Shown: in pieces, positions 14,201 to 27,534 of the stretch | Numbering within the stretch: the stretch's first letter is position 1 | Layout: each line of letters starts with the position of its first letter | DNA from: Tubiluchus corallicola | Taxonomy: Eukaryota; Animalia; Priapulida | Reading direction: 5' to 3' | Assembly: GCA_030141605.1 (NCBI GenBank) | Contig: JAQGDQ010000013.1 | Location: forward strand, 510,447 to 574,446 | Length of the DNA: 64,000 bases | Notes under the pieces: model-generated | What the model was told of the DNA's origin: nothing | The model's input: the letters and a program-made list of their open reading frames with translations, nothing else | The model's database searches: none | Made by a program: the position numbers and the translations under genes

Positions 14201-17200
14201 GTTTAATAACAATGAGTGTGCAAGCAACCCTTGCAGAAATGCAGCTCGCTGTGAAGATGGCATAAACACGTTTGTTTGTCATTGCCTGCCCGGTTACACT
14301 GGATTGCATTGTGAAACTAATATTAATGAATGTGCCAGTAGTCCGTGCGATAACCGTGGAGTTTGTACGGATTTAGTAAACGGTTTCAAGTGCAAGTGTC
14401 CACGTGGTTGGTACGGACCGCGATGTCGAAGCGATCGTAACGAATGCGCATCCAATCCTTGCTTGAATGGCGCCACCTGCGAGGACGATAAGAGCCGGTT
14501 TATTTGCCATTGTCCGAAGGGTTATTCTGGTCCGCGATGCGAGATAGAGATTAACGAATGTGCTTCAAACCCGTGTCAGCATGGTGGTATATGTGTCGAC
14601 AAGCTTGGTTCTTATGAATGCGACTGTTCCGGGACAGGTTTTGAAGGTTACAATTGTCAGTTCTACATTGACGACTGTCGTGGAAGTCCTTGCGGCAACG
14701 GAGGCACGTGTATCGATCAGGTCGATGGCTATAAGTGTTTGTGCGAATTACCATATACTGGAGTAAACTGTACGGAACGAATGGATCCGTGTTATCCACC
14801 AATGTGCCGCAATGGTGCCTCGTGTGAACCTACTGCAAACTACATGGATTTTCAGTGCCGATGCCGGCCAGGTAATTTTTTACACTTACTTCATGGTCGG
14901 TCAAGCTTAACAGTGTAAGAAGTTTGCGTTGTGTGTTTAAAGACTGGATGGATTTTGTTTGTTAAGCTGTTAAGTCGCAATGCTGTCTTTCTCGCTATAA
15001 GTTTATAAAACTTTCAATGTGCATTAGCACTTTCGTTGATTAAGAAGCTTTTGCTTCCCTCTTCACTTCTAATTAACCTGAATATTACCTGAAATGGTTC
15101 AAATCCATGTTAGGTTGGTGAAAAAACGTATTTGAAATACTCGGCAGCTAAAATGGTTTTTCATTTTTATGAAATGAGGTAATGATTGATAACTGGATCA
15201 TCACAAACATTTAAAGTTTAGAGCAAAACTGGACCCAATCTCAAACTATGGGTCAAAACAACCTATTCTTTAAAATATTGAAAGGAAACATACTATATTT
15301 TCAAAAATGACTTGCATGAAAGAATTATTTCACATAAACACAATTTCACATTCGCGCCACAAGTTCTTTGCTTTTGCATGCATTTTGCCATTCTCTAGGT
15401 AGATGGAGATGAGCGCCTGCATTTCAGAAATGCATTGCATAAAAAAGAGGTGCTGTACCTCTCAGTTCGGATGTGTTAGTTCGTGACATACTGCACATTC
15501 GTCTGCTCATCCATGTGTGCAGCAGTAAATTTGAAATTTGAATTTTTATCTTGAAACTTACATAGTTCAAGTACAACACACTGAATATCTTACAGTAGCA
15601 CTGTACTTCAATTTTTAATTTTTGCAAACATGTTCAACATGCTCGTGGAATATTTTTACTGCCGAAAATCATGTTGGCTTAGTGCCGTTACCACTAGTTG
15701 GGCTCGTACACCATCAATTAAGTTTTTGATCTGCTATTTAACTATCAGAAATGCTTTTGCTGTATTAACTGTGTTAAAATGTACACTTTTTACCGGACTT
15801 GAAAATGGGGTATCTTCCTTTAGCGGAAACTTGTGTCAACACCAACTATTATTTTGCAGGTTTTACTGGACGTCTTTGTGATGAAGACATCAATGAATGT
15901 GAAAGAGCGTCACCCTGTCATCATGGCGGCACCTGTCAGAACTTGAACGGTTCATACAACTGCTTGTGTGAACCTGGCTTTACTGGCAAAGGTTGTGAAG
16001 ACAATATCAATGAATGTGAATCCTGTAAGTAATTGTTAGCTTATTGTTTCTATCATCGGTATTAAGGTCTTCTGTCTGTTCTCTTGTAAAGTTTATATGA
16101 TGTCTGTGTGTCAACTGATAGCTGAGCATAAAAAATAAGAAAGGAACTTTAAATACGTGAAATTTTTGATAGGGGTGAACATTTTATTAACTCGAATCAA
16201 ATTTGTGTCTTTCAAATTCAAAGCAATCCTGATTTCCAGATTTTTGAATCCGAATCGAATTCTAATTAAGTTTTAAAGATTTTTGAATAAGTTTTCGAAT
16301 CACTAATAAAAAGTGGTGTCAGAAATGTCATGCATATATTGCTTGATTTTGTTTCACAGTAAAAACCAATAAACATTGCTTGCCTTTTCTATTTGAACAT
16401 AAACTTTTAGCAGCATCTGAATAGTAACGTATTGTGAAATACGTTAATTATTCACTTACTGTAGGGTCACTGAAACAAAATGAATGATAGTCCAACTGTG
16501 TTTTCTTAGAAATGATTCTCTTTATTGCTTTACAATTTTGGGCATTTGAAAGATTATAAAATTCATCATTCTAATGACTGCATTTGACATTGCAGCACCA
16601 TGTCAGAATGGAGGAACATGTGAAGACGGAATAGCCGAGTATCGTTGCTTGTGTGTCGAGGGATTCGGCGGAAATCACTGCCAGACTGACATTGATGAAT
16701 GTGCTTCAAATCCTTGCTTACACGGTGCCACCTGCAGGGATTATGTCAACAGTTATACTTGTACTTGCCCAGTTGGCTTCAGCGGTGTCAACTGTCAGAC
16801 AAATGATCAGGACTGTACTCCAAAGTATGTAGCCTCGAATGTTTTACGCTTGTCATTTTCCAGATGTTTGCTCAAAGTCGTTTTTTGCTATTTCCTGTAC
16901 ACATTACAGGATTAATCGAAAATGTCTGCTACAGTGGTGCATGTTTCTGGTGTTTTTTGCATTGAGTACAGTTAATGCTGTTGTTGCAGGTTATGCATGA
17001 ATGGTGGGACGTGCATTGACGGTGTGAATAATTTCACATGCAAGTGCGCACCGGGATACACCGGAATGTACTGTCAGGATCATATCAATGAATGCGACTC
17101 CATACCCTGCAAGAATGGTGCAACGTGTATAGATCATATTGGTTATTTTACGTGTCACTGTCCATACGGTTACACCGGAGACAAATGTGATGTAAGTTTT

Positions 17201-20200
17201 ACGTGATCTAGTATATATAAGTGATCATTTGAACAGTTGGTTTTTTTAGCAATTGTCGAGCAGAAGTAATTTCACTGCATTCTAAGTTCATTTTTACTTG
17301 AATGATGTACAGTGTATTCAGTATCTCCAGTATTATGATAATATTGGAATAAGCCTTTTCACAGTTCCAGTGATTGATGATGATCGTGAAAAGGTCAAAG
17401 GTTAAATTTACCACACAACGCGTTTGTGTACACTTGACTACGCCTCGCAGCCCATGTTGTTGCATTGGTAACAGTTTTAGCAGCTAGCTAGAACCTTACC
17501 TAGTCTGTTCCAAACAAGATCCTGCTAGTAAATCACTCTACATTCAGATTAATGCATAATTAAGTAAAGTTCATGTAAAACAACTGAAATTACTGAACTT
17601 GTGCCGGAGGAGGCGGCTTTGCTTTGCACACGTCACGTGACGGTTGTAGTTAAGACGCGTTGCTGCAGTACACTTAACCTTTGACCTACAGCAGTTGCAT
17701 TTGCTCACAATGAAATTATGAAAATGCTTACTGGAAGCTTGTGTTTGTATTGGTGACAAGCTTCTATTGTAAATGTCTCACCTTTATGTGATAGCAATTT
17801 CGTTCCAAGGTTCATTAAATTTCTGTGCATTGTTCATTAGTACATGGAGATACATTTGTGCTGCGTTTAAACTTGACACAAATACACCTTCATGCAACAA
17901 AAAGCATAATACCAAGTCCTTGCTTTTTCAGTCGTATGTGGACTGGTGTGTAAACAAGCCATGCTACAATGGTGCCACCTGTGTGCAGAAACATAGTCGC
18001 TACAATTGCACTTGTGCTCCGGGCTGGACGGGAATGTTGTGTGACGTGAGCATGGTCTCCTGCAGGGATGCAGCCTATCAGAAAGGTTTGTAAACTTCTC
18101 TACAAGACTCTAAGTGATGGTGACATTTGGATAAAACTTCATTTACTTCTGTCGCCTAGTCGATTGAGCTGATAGGAAAAAGCACTGCAGAAAACTGGGA
18201 AAAATTTACAAAAATTGCGGCTAAAGCTACATCTAAAATGACAAGTGGCCACACTGTAGTGCTGAAATGGCGTGACAGATCGATTTCTGCACTTTTAACG
18301 AAAAATGAAATTAATGTCATTAACAGTTCACTGTGCTGCAAATCAACTATATATATTAAAGAATCATTTTAAGTTATGTTTTTTATGTTGGGAAAGTTAC
18401 GCGAGGTACCTGCTTAAGCAGACAGTCATTGTAGTGACTTGGCACATCCTGCTCTAATATTGCTCAGAGCTTTTAGACTAAGTATTAACTAAAATGCTAA
18501 AGTTAAAATTATCAAGTGCCAAAATTTCTAATTTTTTAAGATAGATTTAGTTTGTCGTTATATCTTATGAGTTGTTATTGATTTACAGCCAAGTCTGTGT
18601 TTCGATTTATAGAAGAAAAGTGAATCATCCTTTTGTAAGTAATAATCACCTGTTGTTTTCAGGTGTACTGGTAATGAACCTTTGCCAAAACGGAGGCACC
18701 TGTATTGACATGCACAACACGCACAGATGCCAGTGCGCTAGCGGATATTCCGGGAGCTACTGTCAGGACGACATCGACGAATGCAAGAGTGCACCGTGTA
18801 AGAATGGCGCCACCTGTAACGACTTGAAGGGAATGTACAGCTGTGATTGTCCACCTGGCTTCCAGGGCATCAACTGTGAGTTTAACATTGATGATTGTGA
18901 TCCAAACCCTTGTCAACATGGAACATGCATCGATGGTATCAACAAGTTTACCTGTTCTTGTCCACCTGGAACTTCAGGTATGAAGCCATTTATTTCTACA
19001 TACGAGAACATTGCAAATGATTGCTAAATGAAAGTGTTGCGATAAGAGTAAAGTACATTACTTGTTTGCTAAATCACGTGTGCACTTGTTTAAGGAATTC
19101 AGTTAAAATGATGATTAATAATATTTTTGATGCTTAATATTGACACAAATTTATTTGCATATAACACATTACATCTTTTACATGTCTAGTGTCCAACATT
19201 AGTAAATTGGTTGAGTCACACGCTAAATGTTCCATGTATAAAAAAACAAACAGTAAAAACAAAATATTGCTTTTTTTTCTAGGTATGCTCTGTGAAGAAA
19301 ACTTTAATGATTGCTACGATGGTGCTTGCCATCATGGTGGTACTTGTGTTGATCTTGTGGGTGGTTTCAACTGCTCTTGTCCGCCTGGCTTTGTGGGACG
19401 TCGCTGCGAAGGAGACGTCAACGAATGTTTGTCAAATCCATGTGATGCTGTAGGAACCCGAGACTGTGTGCAACTTGTCAACGACTATCGTTGCGACTGC
19501 AAACACGGATATAAAGGAAGAAGATGTGAGATTCGAATCAACTGGTGTTCGTCAAGCTTTAATCCATGTAAGAATGGTGGTCAGTGTCTACAGCTAAATA
19601 ATGATGGAGCTATTGGGTACAGATGCCTTTGTCCCGAAGACTTTTTAGGTAAGCTTTCAAATGGTCATTTATTTTAAGTAGAACAAGATTTGATTTGATT
19701 TAATATTTTATTTCAAACTTTACAAAGTTCATATACACATCACAAATTAATACAAATAATACAATAACTCATGACACAGAACAATAACACAAATAACAAT
19801 TAACGATATAACAAACTACGCCAATGATGTCTAATTACAGAAGAAATGTTTACATCACTGTTTAAAATGTTCTTGCATATAAAATTTTCACTTTTATTCA
19901 GCCTGACGTGTAAACTGTATGCACATTTTCTGTGAATCACATCAAAATAAATAATATTAAGTCTAGTAGAAATATATCTGGCACTCGTATCATATGAAAA
20001 GTTAAACAGCTTCCGTGTTGATACATTATATGCAACCTTGAGTTTGCTAAGACTGTAAGAATAAAAATGTCTCCAAGTGGACATACAATAAAAAGTAGTG
20101 CAGTAAGCATTAAACAATTGTCTCTTCACGTTAACTGTACAGTGTGAAGAGTTTAATTAAAAACAAGATTGGTGACTGATACAGTTCTAAGAATGAATAT

Positions 20201-23200
20201 TAAGTTCGTGACTTTGGCGAAATTTCTAAGTCTGACGTTCGCTAAATATGTTCCAAAAAATTCGCCAAACAGTCACAAAATATTCATTTGGTGTTCACAA
20301 TCGTCGCCTATGGATCGCTGACTTCGGCAAAAAAATTTAAAATGTTTAAAGCTTGTTTACACTTTGAGAATGCTGCGATGACTTTGTGACAATTTTCCAA
20401 TATTGTGGTGACATTTGGAGAATGTAGGTTGTCCCGTACTTCTTTCTGCGAAAATTTTGTAAAATTGTCATGAAATGATCGCAATACTCTCGTGTGAATG
20501 TTGCCTCGGGGGAAAGAGCTCAAAATTTGCAAAAATGTGTCAAAATTACTGAGAACTTTGCATGAACGACAAACCACAATTACGAGAATTTCTTGGCGAC
20601 TTTTGTTCATGGAAACTTTTCCGTCGTTGCTAAAAAGTAGCGGCTCGGTGAAACACCGGTTTTAGTAAAACATTAGCGAAAAATTTTTCTGAAAGTTTGA
20701 AATATTTTAATTTGTTAAGATCTCTCTAATATTTAGTATTTAACTACTAATAATTTACTATAATTAATTGGGGTATGGAAGTACAAAATGACAGGAATTA
20801 AATTTGCTATACGTAGTTAACAAATCTACTTGCATTTGTATCAAGAGAAATATAAGAGATCAAATATATATTTGCTTATATTTATTTTCAAGATTGCTAA
20901 GACTATTTTTCTTGAACAGGTGACCATTGTGAGTACATAGCCAGTCCAAACAATCCATGTGACAGCAATCCATGTCTTCACGGAGGCGAGTGCGTGCCAT
21001 CCTCCAAGGGTTACGTGTGTCACTGTCCCGTAGGCACCGCTGGACAGCACTGCGAGTATGATCAGCTAAATGAATGTATGTCTTCTCCTTGTCGCAATGG
21101 TGGCCAGTGCATTGATAGAGTTGGTAAGTATTCCTTGTTACTTCGTAATCCTTTTTGTGATTCTTTTTAAATAAAAGGCAATTTTAAAGTTTATCACAGA
21201 GAACCTTTCACATGAGATTATGTTACTTAGTATTACGCTTACCAGCTTGAAAGACTCATGTAACTAGACAAGAAAGTTGCTAGTAATTTGAAATTTTCGT
21301 GCCACCTAGTATCACTGTGTATCTCCATCCCAGAGTGCACCACTGACTCACTAAAAAACACATTACTGATCTTATTGAAAATATGAAGTTGTTTTTACTT
21401 TTGCTTGGTTAGTGAAGTGTGTGCTTACAAATATTCTGATTATTTTTTCAAACTTCATACAATGTTATCTACACTTTGTTTCAAATGATTTACTGTTACA
21501 ATAGTCATCGCGGTAGTTTAATTTCACAAGTTTTATACAGCGTTACTGTTAACGCAAGCTCTGCATGCAATAAGACAACATGTAACTGGTATAAAATTTC
21601 ATGTCAGTACCTGAAGCAACTCTTTATTTTACAGGCACATTTGAGTGCAGCTGTCCTGCTGGTTGGAATGGTCTGCGATGTGACATGTACGATTCCAGCT
21701 TCCCGGGAGGCATAGGGCGGGACATTTCAGTGCGGACAGTTTCCACCACACCAAGTGATGATCAGGAGCATTGTCGCAAGCACAATTGTGCTGCTAAAGC
21801 AAACAACAGTCACTGTGATGTAAGTACTGATCACATTGTCACAAGCTTAATTGTGCTGCTAAATCAAAAGCAACAGTTGCTGTTATTGTAAGTACTGACT
21901 GCAGTGTCACAAGCACAATTGTGCTGTTAAATTGAACTATAGTCACTGTGATGTAAGTACTGATTACATTTTAGCAGCACAATTGTGCTGCTAAAGCAAA
22001 CAACAGTCATTGTGATATAAGTACTGATTACATTGTCGCAAGTATAATTGTGCTGCTAAATCAAAAGCAATAGTTACTGTGACGTAATTTTTGGTTACAG
22101 CGCATACATCATACTGATGATTTGAAAAAAGTTTTCAGCTGGTTAGCTGTACATAATAAAAAATGTGTTCTGTTTACAGTACGCTAACTGATGTGATAGT
22201 TCATAATCTGTCTGGCATTTTTGTCGAGTGCTTTTGAAAACTTCTTATATCTACCTTCATGAAAAGACAATATTGGTATCTGTAAATCTTGTTCTACAAT
22301 CCTGAAATTCAACTGTATAATTAGAACTTATTTGTCCGACATTTCTGTAAATGTTTGCAAGCATTTCTGATTTAATAATTATTTACGATTTTTTCATTTC
22401 TAGGAGGAATGCAACACATATGCCTGTAATTGGGATAACCAGGAGTGTTCTTTACATTACAACCCCTGGGTCAATTGTACTCACTATCCGGGAAGAGCTA
22501 AATGCTGGGAAGTGTTCAAGAATGGAATTTGTAACCCCGAATGTAATAACGCCGATTGCTTCTATGATGGTTTTGACTGCAGTCCCGTCGAACCCTGCAA
22601 TCCTACCAGTGAATTATTTTGTGAGCGTCACTATGGCAACAACATTTGCAATCCGGGCTGTGAGGCTGCTGGCTGTGGCTGGGATGGTTTAGACTGTGAC
22701 ACTGGTGAAACTAGGCTTGCCGACGGAACTTTAGTTCTCTATGTGTTGTTGGAGCCCGAGGTGTTTGAAATTGAAAAGCAGATGTTCTTACGCAATCTGA
22801 GTATTTTACTGCACGCAACTCTGCGTATTAAACGTGACCAATATGGTCGAGAGATGATATATCCTTGGAGCAAGACGGAAGCTGTTGACGATGGGTACAC
22901 CAGACTACAGAGATCCATTCGAAGTGTCCTTGGGCTTCCTGTAGAGGAAAAGCTAACTCGAAGCAAAAGAGAAACTGGATTCATTATTGGGTAAGTTCTG
23001 ATTTATGGGTATCTTGGAGGGTCGTCATTAATTTTTTGGTAGCTTGTCTATGTTTTTTCTAAGAGTGTATTTATTTTTTACAGTGGAAGAACTCTGATTA
23101 GTAATATTAGTGTATGTCATTCCACAATAAGTAAGGTTTATATATAAATCTATTTTCTGAGACTTGTGTTTGTGGTTGGTCAACGGACGTTTGGCCTCAA

Positions 23201-26200
23201 GCAGTTAATACAGTTGTCGTGGCTTGCTGGAAATTGCTTTTACGGATATCAGAAGAATCGGACAAAATTTGGACCATTAAAAAGTCCCACATTCTACTGA
23301 CACAGTCTGTTGTTTTGCTAGCTGACCGCTAGTTGGTGGGCCGCCACTTTGTTTACATCATTACATCAGTGTAACCAAGCAACGTGTAATGGCACTTTTG
23401 TAGTGACAAGCAAAACCGCGTATATTACATACAGCGAAGTAAGACGACATAAAATGAGTAAAAGCTAATTGGTCGCACAAAGTATCTTATTTTATTTAAG
23501 CATGTGCAGAAATTATGCGGAGTTATTTGTGTTAATTGCCGACAGTTTTCATGCACTTCTGCATAGGAACGGCCTGTAATAGACGATTTTGAGACAATTA
23601 GGCGATTGATTCTACATTACCGTGAGCCTAATACACGCCTACTGTATTAGCTTATTATCGGTAAATACTGACAATCGGCAAATTCGGACCGATGTCTCCC
23701 CACTCGGCTTTTGTTCAGCTAACCGAAATGTGATTATATTCCCTTTATACTTTTTTTTGAACACGAACATTCTGTCTAGTTAATTTATATGTACCGTTTA
23801 TTATTTTAGTACCAAAGTGTTTCTAGAGATAGACCTGAGAATGTGTGAAATAGAATTTGGAGAAGAATGTGTGATCAATGCTGAGGAGGCAGCAGGATAC
23901 CTTGCTGCAGCTTACAGTCGGGATACATCGAACGAGATGCTAACTCCACTGTACGCAGTCGGGACAGACAGTGAGGCAGCTGCAGAGGCCGGCCCAACAA
24001 ACCTCATTTATGTTTTTATTGGCGGTACATGTGTGGTCCTCGTTGTCTTACTGATTGGAGTGCTTCTTTCAACTCAACGTAAGAGGGCTCATGGCACTAC
24101 TTGGTTTCCCGATGGTTTTGTCCGAAACAAGCAGTCAGCTAAACCTACTGTGGTTAACAGGAAAGGCCCTGATGGGGAAGAAATGAGGTAGTTGTTTTGT
24201 GTTTTGCTTATAAAATTACTTTTTCTTAATTTAAGAGTAGTAAACAAGCAATTTTTGCATCATGATTTAAAAGCGTAATTTCACTTTACTGATGACAATT
24301 GCCTCAGAAAGCAATTTTATATTTTACTTTATGAATAATTTGTGACTTATATGGCTTTTGGAGGAATTTTGACAATTTCGTCACAATTTTGTTTTATAAT
24401 AAAACAGGCAATAATAAAGTTGTAAGTTAAGAAAAAGTCCAAGTGTTTTAACTCATTTATTTTTAACATTTTATTTAATGATTGCATAAATAAATCGTTG
24501 ACTGCTAGAATCTGGTGTCTTCATCTGGTTTTATTTGTTTTTACAGTGAATACCTTCAACAGCTTACGATATTTTGTATTATTTTTAGGAACTTCCAACA
24601 AGGCTCAAACTTGAAGGTTCCAAATGTGTACGATTCTAATGACAATGCCATGAACGGTCAGTTGCCGTCTGAATGGGATGACGACGATGACCTTCCTGCC
24701 AAACCAGCTAAAAGAATGAGAAAAGATAGCACTGGCAATGACGGCGCCGATGACGTAGATTCTCGTCATTGGACTCAACAACATCTTGATGCAGCAGACA
24801 TTCGTAATCCCGATGTTCTTGCTCTGACTCCTCCCCATGGAGGTGATCACGATATTGATCCTTGCGGTTTGAATGTCGACGCTCGTGGGCCGGGTGGTCT
24901 CACTCCTCTGATGTTGGTGTCCTTGCGAGGAAATGGTATAGACCTGGAGGATGATGCGGAGAATGATGACGACGGATCTGCAAGTGTGATCCAAGATCTT
25001 CTCATGCAAGGTGCTTCACTTGGTGTGCAAACAGATAGAACAGGTACAAACATTAATTTCACCTTTTTCATTATTGGTGAGCATTAAACATTCGAGTTCG
25101 AGCATTCGAATTCCATTCGAACAGGTTTTTTTATTTCGAATTCGATTTGGACCTAAAATTATAGATTCGAATAATTCAGCACTTCAGCCACATGTCTTCT
25201 TTATCATTAAAATGTTTGAAACAGCATGCAATTAGTACAATTTCGCTGCAGCTTCTGTGCAAAATTTTTAACAAACTAATAGTAGTTTTACTGCAGAGCA
25301 AAGTCAAATAATACGCATGATCTTTGTAAAACCACTTTTTACTAGTGGTTCAAGAATCTTTCAAATTCAATTTGAATTCAAAATACTGAAATTTGGTTCA
25401 TTCGAATTCAAAAGTCACAAGTTCAATTCGATTCGTATTCGCTTTCTGGTATAGAACACTCACCTCTATTTTTCATAGATTCTTCTAATTTTCAAGTTTT
25501 GCTTAAGTCAATTGTTTCTAGTCTATATTTATATAAATTTCTGCATTTTTATTGTTGTCTGCTAATTTGTTGTCCTCCAGTAACTGATCTCTCTCTTTTT
25601 TTCTCAGGTGAGACATCCCTACATCTTGCTGCACGATACGCAAGAGCTGATGCTGCAAAGCGCTTACTCGATGCTGGCGCTGATGCAAATGCCGAAGATT
25701 TCACTGGTCGGACACCTCTGCATGCAGCAATTGCAGCCGACGCTCAGGGCGTCTTTCAAATACTTCTCAGAAATCGAGCAACAGATCTAAACCACCGAAT
25801 GAACGACGGCACAACACCGATGATCCTTGCTGCTCGTCTAGCCATTGATGGCATGGTGGAGGAACTGATTAATGCCGACGCAGACATCAATGCTTCTGAT
25901 GATCACGGTAAAACTGCTCTTCATTGGGCGGCTTCTGTGAACAACGTCGACGCCGTCCGCATTCTGCTTGCTCATCAGGCTAATAGAGATGCTCAAGATC
26001 ACAAGGTAAAAATATGTACCATTCTTTATCTGATCTAATAATCAAACTTCATTGAGAAATTAATGAAGGACGGAAAACTTTACTGTTGAATATCAAATTT
26101 TGAAATATTGGAAAAACCGTTGTATTGGTTAAGTGATGATATTATTTACTTTTTGTTTCTTTGCAAATGTAAGTACTTTAAAAATGACTATAAGTATTTC

Positions 26201-27534
26201 ATCTGTCACTGTTCAAATTTACTGATAGTTGGTTTTGTCTGTCCTAGGATGAAACGCCATTATTTCTTGCGGCACGTGAAGGAAGCTTTGAAACTGCCAA
26301 GGTTTTACTTGAACATTATGCAAATCCCGATATTACTGATCAGATGGATCGTTTGCCTCGCGAAATCGCTAGCGAGCGAAGACACCTTGATATTGTTCAG
26401 CTTCTGGAAGAATACGCAACGCGTAGTCCGCCCGTGTCGAACATGCTCAACGGTCAGCACACAGGTTCTCCGGGAATGATGGGTAATTCCACTTACGCCG
26501 TGATTGGCAGCGTGAAACCTACGAAGAAAAAGAAAGTGCAGAGGCAACAGAGTGGTCGTCACACACCTGTACGTGATACAGGACCCCAGCCGCTCACTCC
26601 TCCCACAGCTGGTGGCAAGCCAAGTAAAAAGAGACGAAAGGACTCTCAGAGTACAACGCTGTCGCCGAGTTCTGCCTGCACGCTGTCTCCAAACAGTCAT
26701 TTATCGCCCACCAGCCATTATGAATCACCTGGCCAATGTTACGAAAGCCCAAATCATTATGATTCAGCTGCGGGCCTTAACTCTTTGTCTCCCAACACAT
26801 TGTCGCCACCTCATTCACTGTACTCGCATTACGGGACGGCGCCTATGTTAACTCACCAAGGAAGTAATCATGCTTATGAGGAGATTACGCGTTTAATGCA
26901 AGAACCACCACAGCAACAACATTCCGTCATTCCTAGGAACAACAGTGGGATGTTACCACAAAATTTAATTGATATGAATATCCCTCCTCAGCAACATCAA
27001 CAACTGTCGTCACAATGGGCGAGTACCACCCAGCCGACAATGACGACGTCACCCGCAACGACGCAAGTACAGAGCCCGATGGTCATGTCACCATCGAGAA
27101 AAAATTTGCCAACGTCGCCGATGCACATGCATGCCATGGCAGCGCATGCAAAGCAGAATCACGTGAGAAGCCCTTACAGTAGTGTTAAATCTCCCCAGAA
27201 CTATGTAGATATAAACAATTTATCGTATACAAATCTAAATAACCCAACGCAGGACAGTTCACAACAATTGCAACACCACCATAGTAATTATGCTCACTTA
27301 CTGGGAGTTGACAAGTATCCAACTCCCCCGTCACAGCACAGCGTGGGTGGTGAATATACTCCTCGCCATATGTTGCAGCCGGAACAGTACCCCACGCCTT
27401 CGCCAACGTCTCCTGGCCAGTGGTCATCGTCATCTCCGCATTCTAATTCTGATTGGTCGGAAGGAATCTCGAGCCCGCCAGCTTCGTTAATGCAGAATAT
27501 ACCGCAGCGTGATTCAAATGGCATATACATATAA
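5279..27534 (+). CDS. Notch: Notch receptor (5'-incomplete; end of EGF1 through EGF36, 3 LNR, HD, TM, RAM, ankyrin repeats, PEST)
   Basis: Exons with GT-AG ends and consistent phases: 5279-5553, 7256-7457, 8474-8607, 9795-9917, 10964-11197, 11378-11533, 12509-12691, 13176-13289, 13451-13664, 14054-14871, 15860-16024, 16596-16824, 16990-17191, 17932-18085, 18663-18977, 19283-19648, 20920-21123, 21635-21819, 22404-22990, 23810-24187, 24589-25043, 25608-26005, 26248-27534. Sum 7378 nt, one open frame of ~2458 aa. Hallmarks: EGF11-12 ([17 protein letters not shown]...[19 protein letters not shown]), furin-type site RSKR, TM followed by RKR, RAM WFP, ankyrin [52 protein letters not shown]-terminus GIYI. 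Confidence 0.98.
6720..7109. mobile_element. hAT-like MITE
   Basis: TAGGGTTGC...GCAACCTTA termini; 8-bp TSD AACATCAC/AACATGAC with one mismatch. Confidence 0.7.
7495..7900. repeat. Dispersed repeat; homologous copy at ~17325-17720 and partial inverted copy at ~44115-44195
   Basis: Shared blocks CAAGATCCTGCTAGTA, AAAACAACTGAAATTACTGA and TACACTTAACCTTTGACCT. Confidence 0.75.
9078..9501. mobile_element. hAT-like MITE with GACTCC subterminal repeats
   Basis: CTGAGCTGTGGAGTC ... GACTTCACAGCCCTG termini; many ACTCCG repeats inside. Confidence 0.7.
10470..10830. repeat. Dispersed repeat (probable MITE); second copy at ~23080-23730
   Basis: Shared CGGATAT..AAGAATCGGACAAAAT, GCTGACCGCTAG and GACAATCGGCAAATTCGGA. 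Confidence 0.7.
11827..12308. mobile_element. Degenerate piggyBac-like MITE
   Basis: CTCCTTCAGGACCG ... CGGTCCTACAGGAG|TTAA inverted termini; the left TTAA is not intact. Confidence 0.5.
19691..20161 (-). mobile_element. 3' fragment of the same RTE-X-like LINE family, inside a Notch intron
   Basis: ORF 19800-20129 ([17 protein letters not shown]...IRHHW) matches the C-terminus of 34293-36182. Same (AAATC)n tail. TSD AACAAGATT at 19682-19690 and 20162-20170. Confidence 0.85.
21769..22089 (+). repeat. Five ~65-bp tandem copies of the Notch LNR-A exon end plus splice donor
   Basis: Unit CATTGTCGCAAGCACAATTGTGCTGCTAAAGCAAACAACAGTCACTGTGAT|GTAAGTACTGA starts at 21769, 21834, 21902, 21967 and 22031. 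Confidence 0.92.
25073..25468. mobile_element. TTCGAA-rich hAT-like MITE; related partial copies at ~16170-16400 and ~43053-43290
   Basis: GGTGAGCATT ... ACACTCACCTCTA termini; repeated TTCGAAT motifs in all three copies. Confidence 0.6.
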
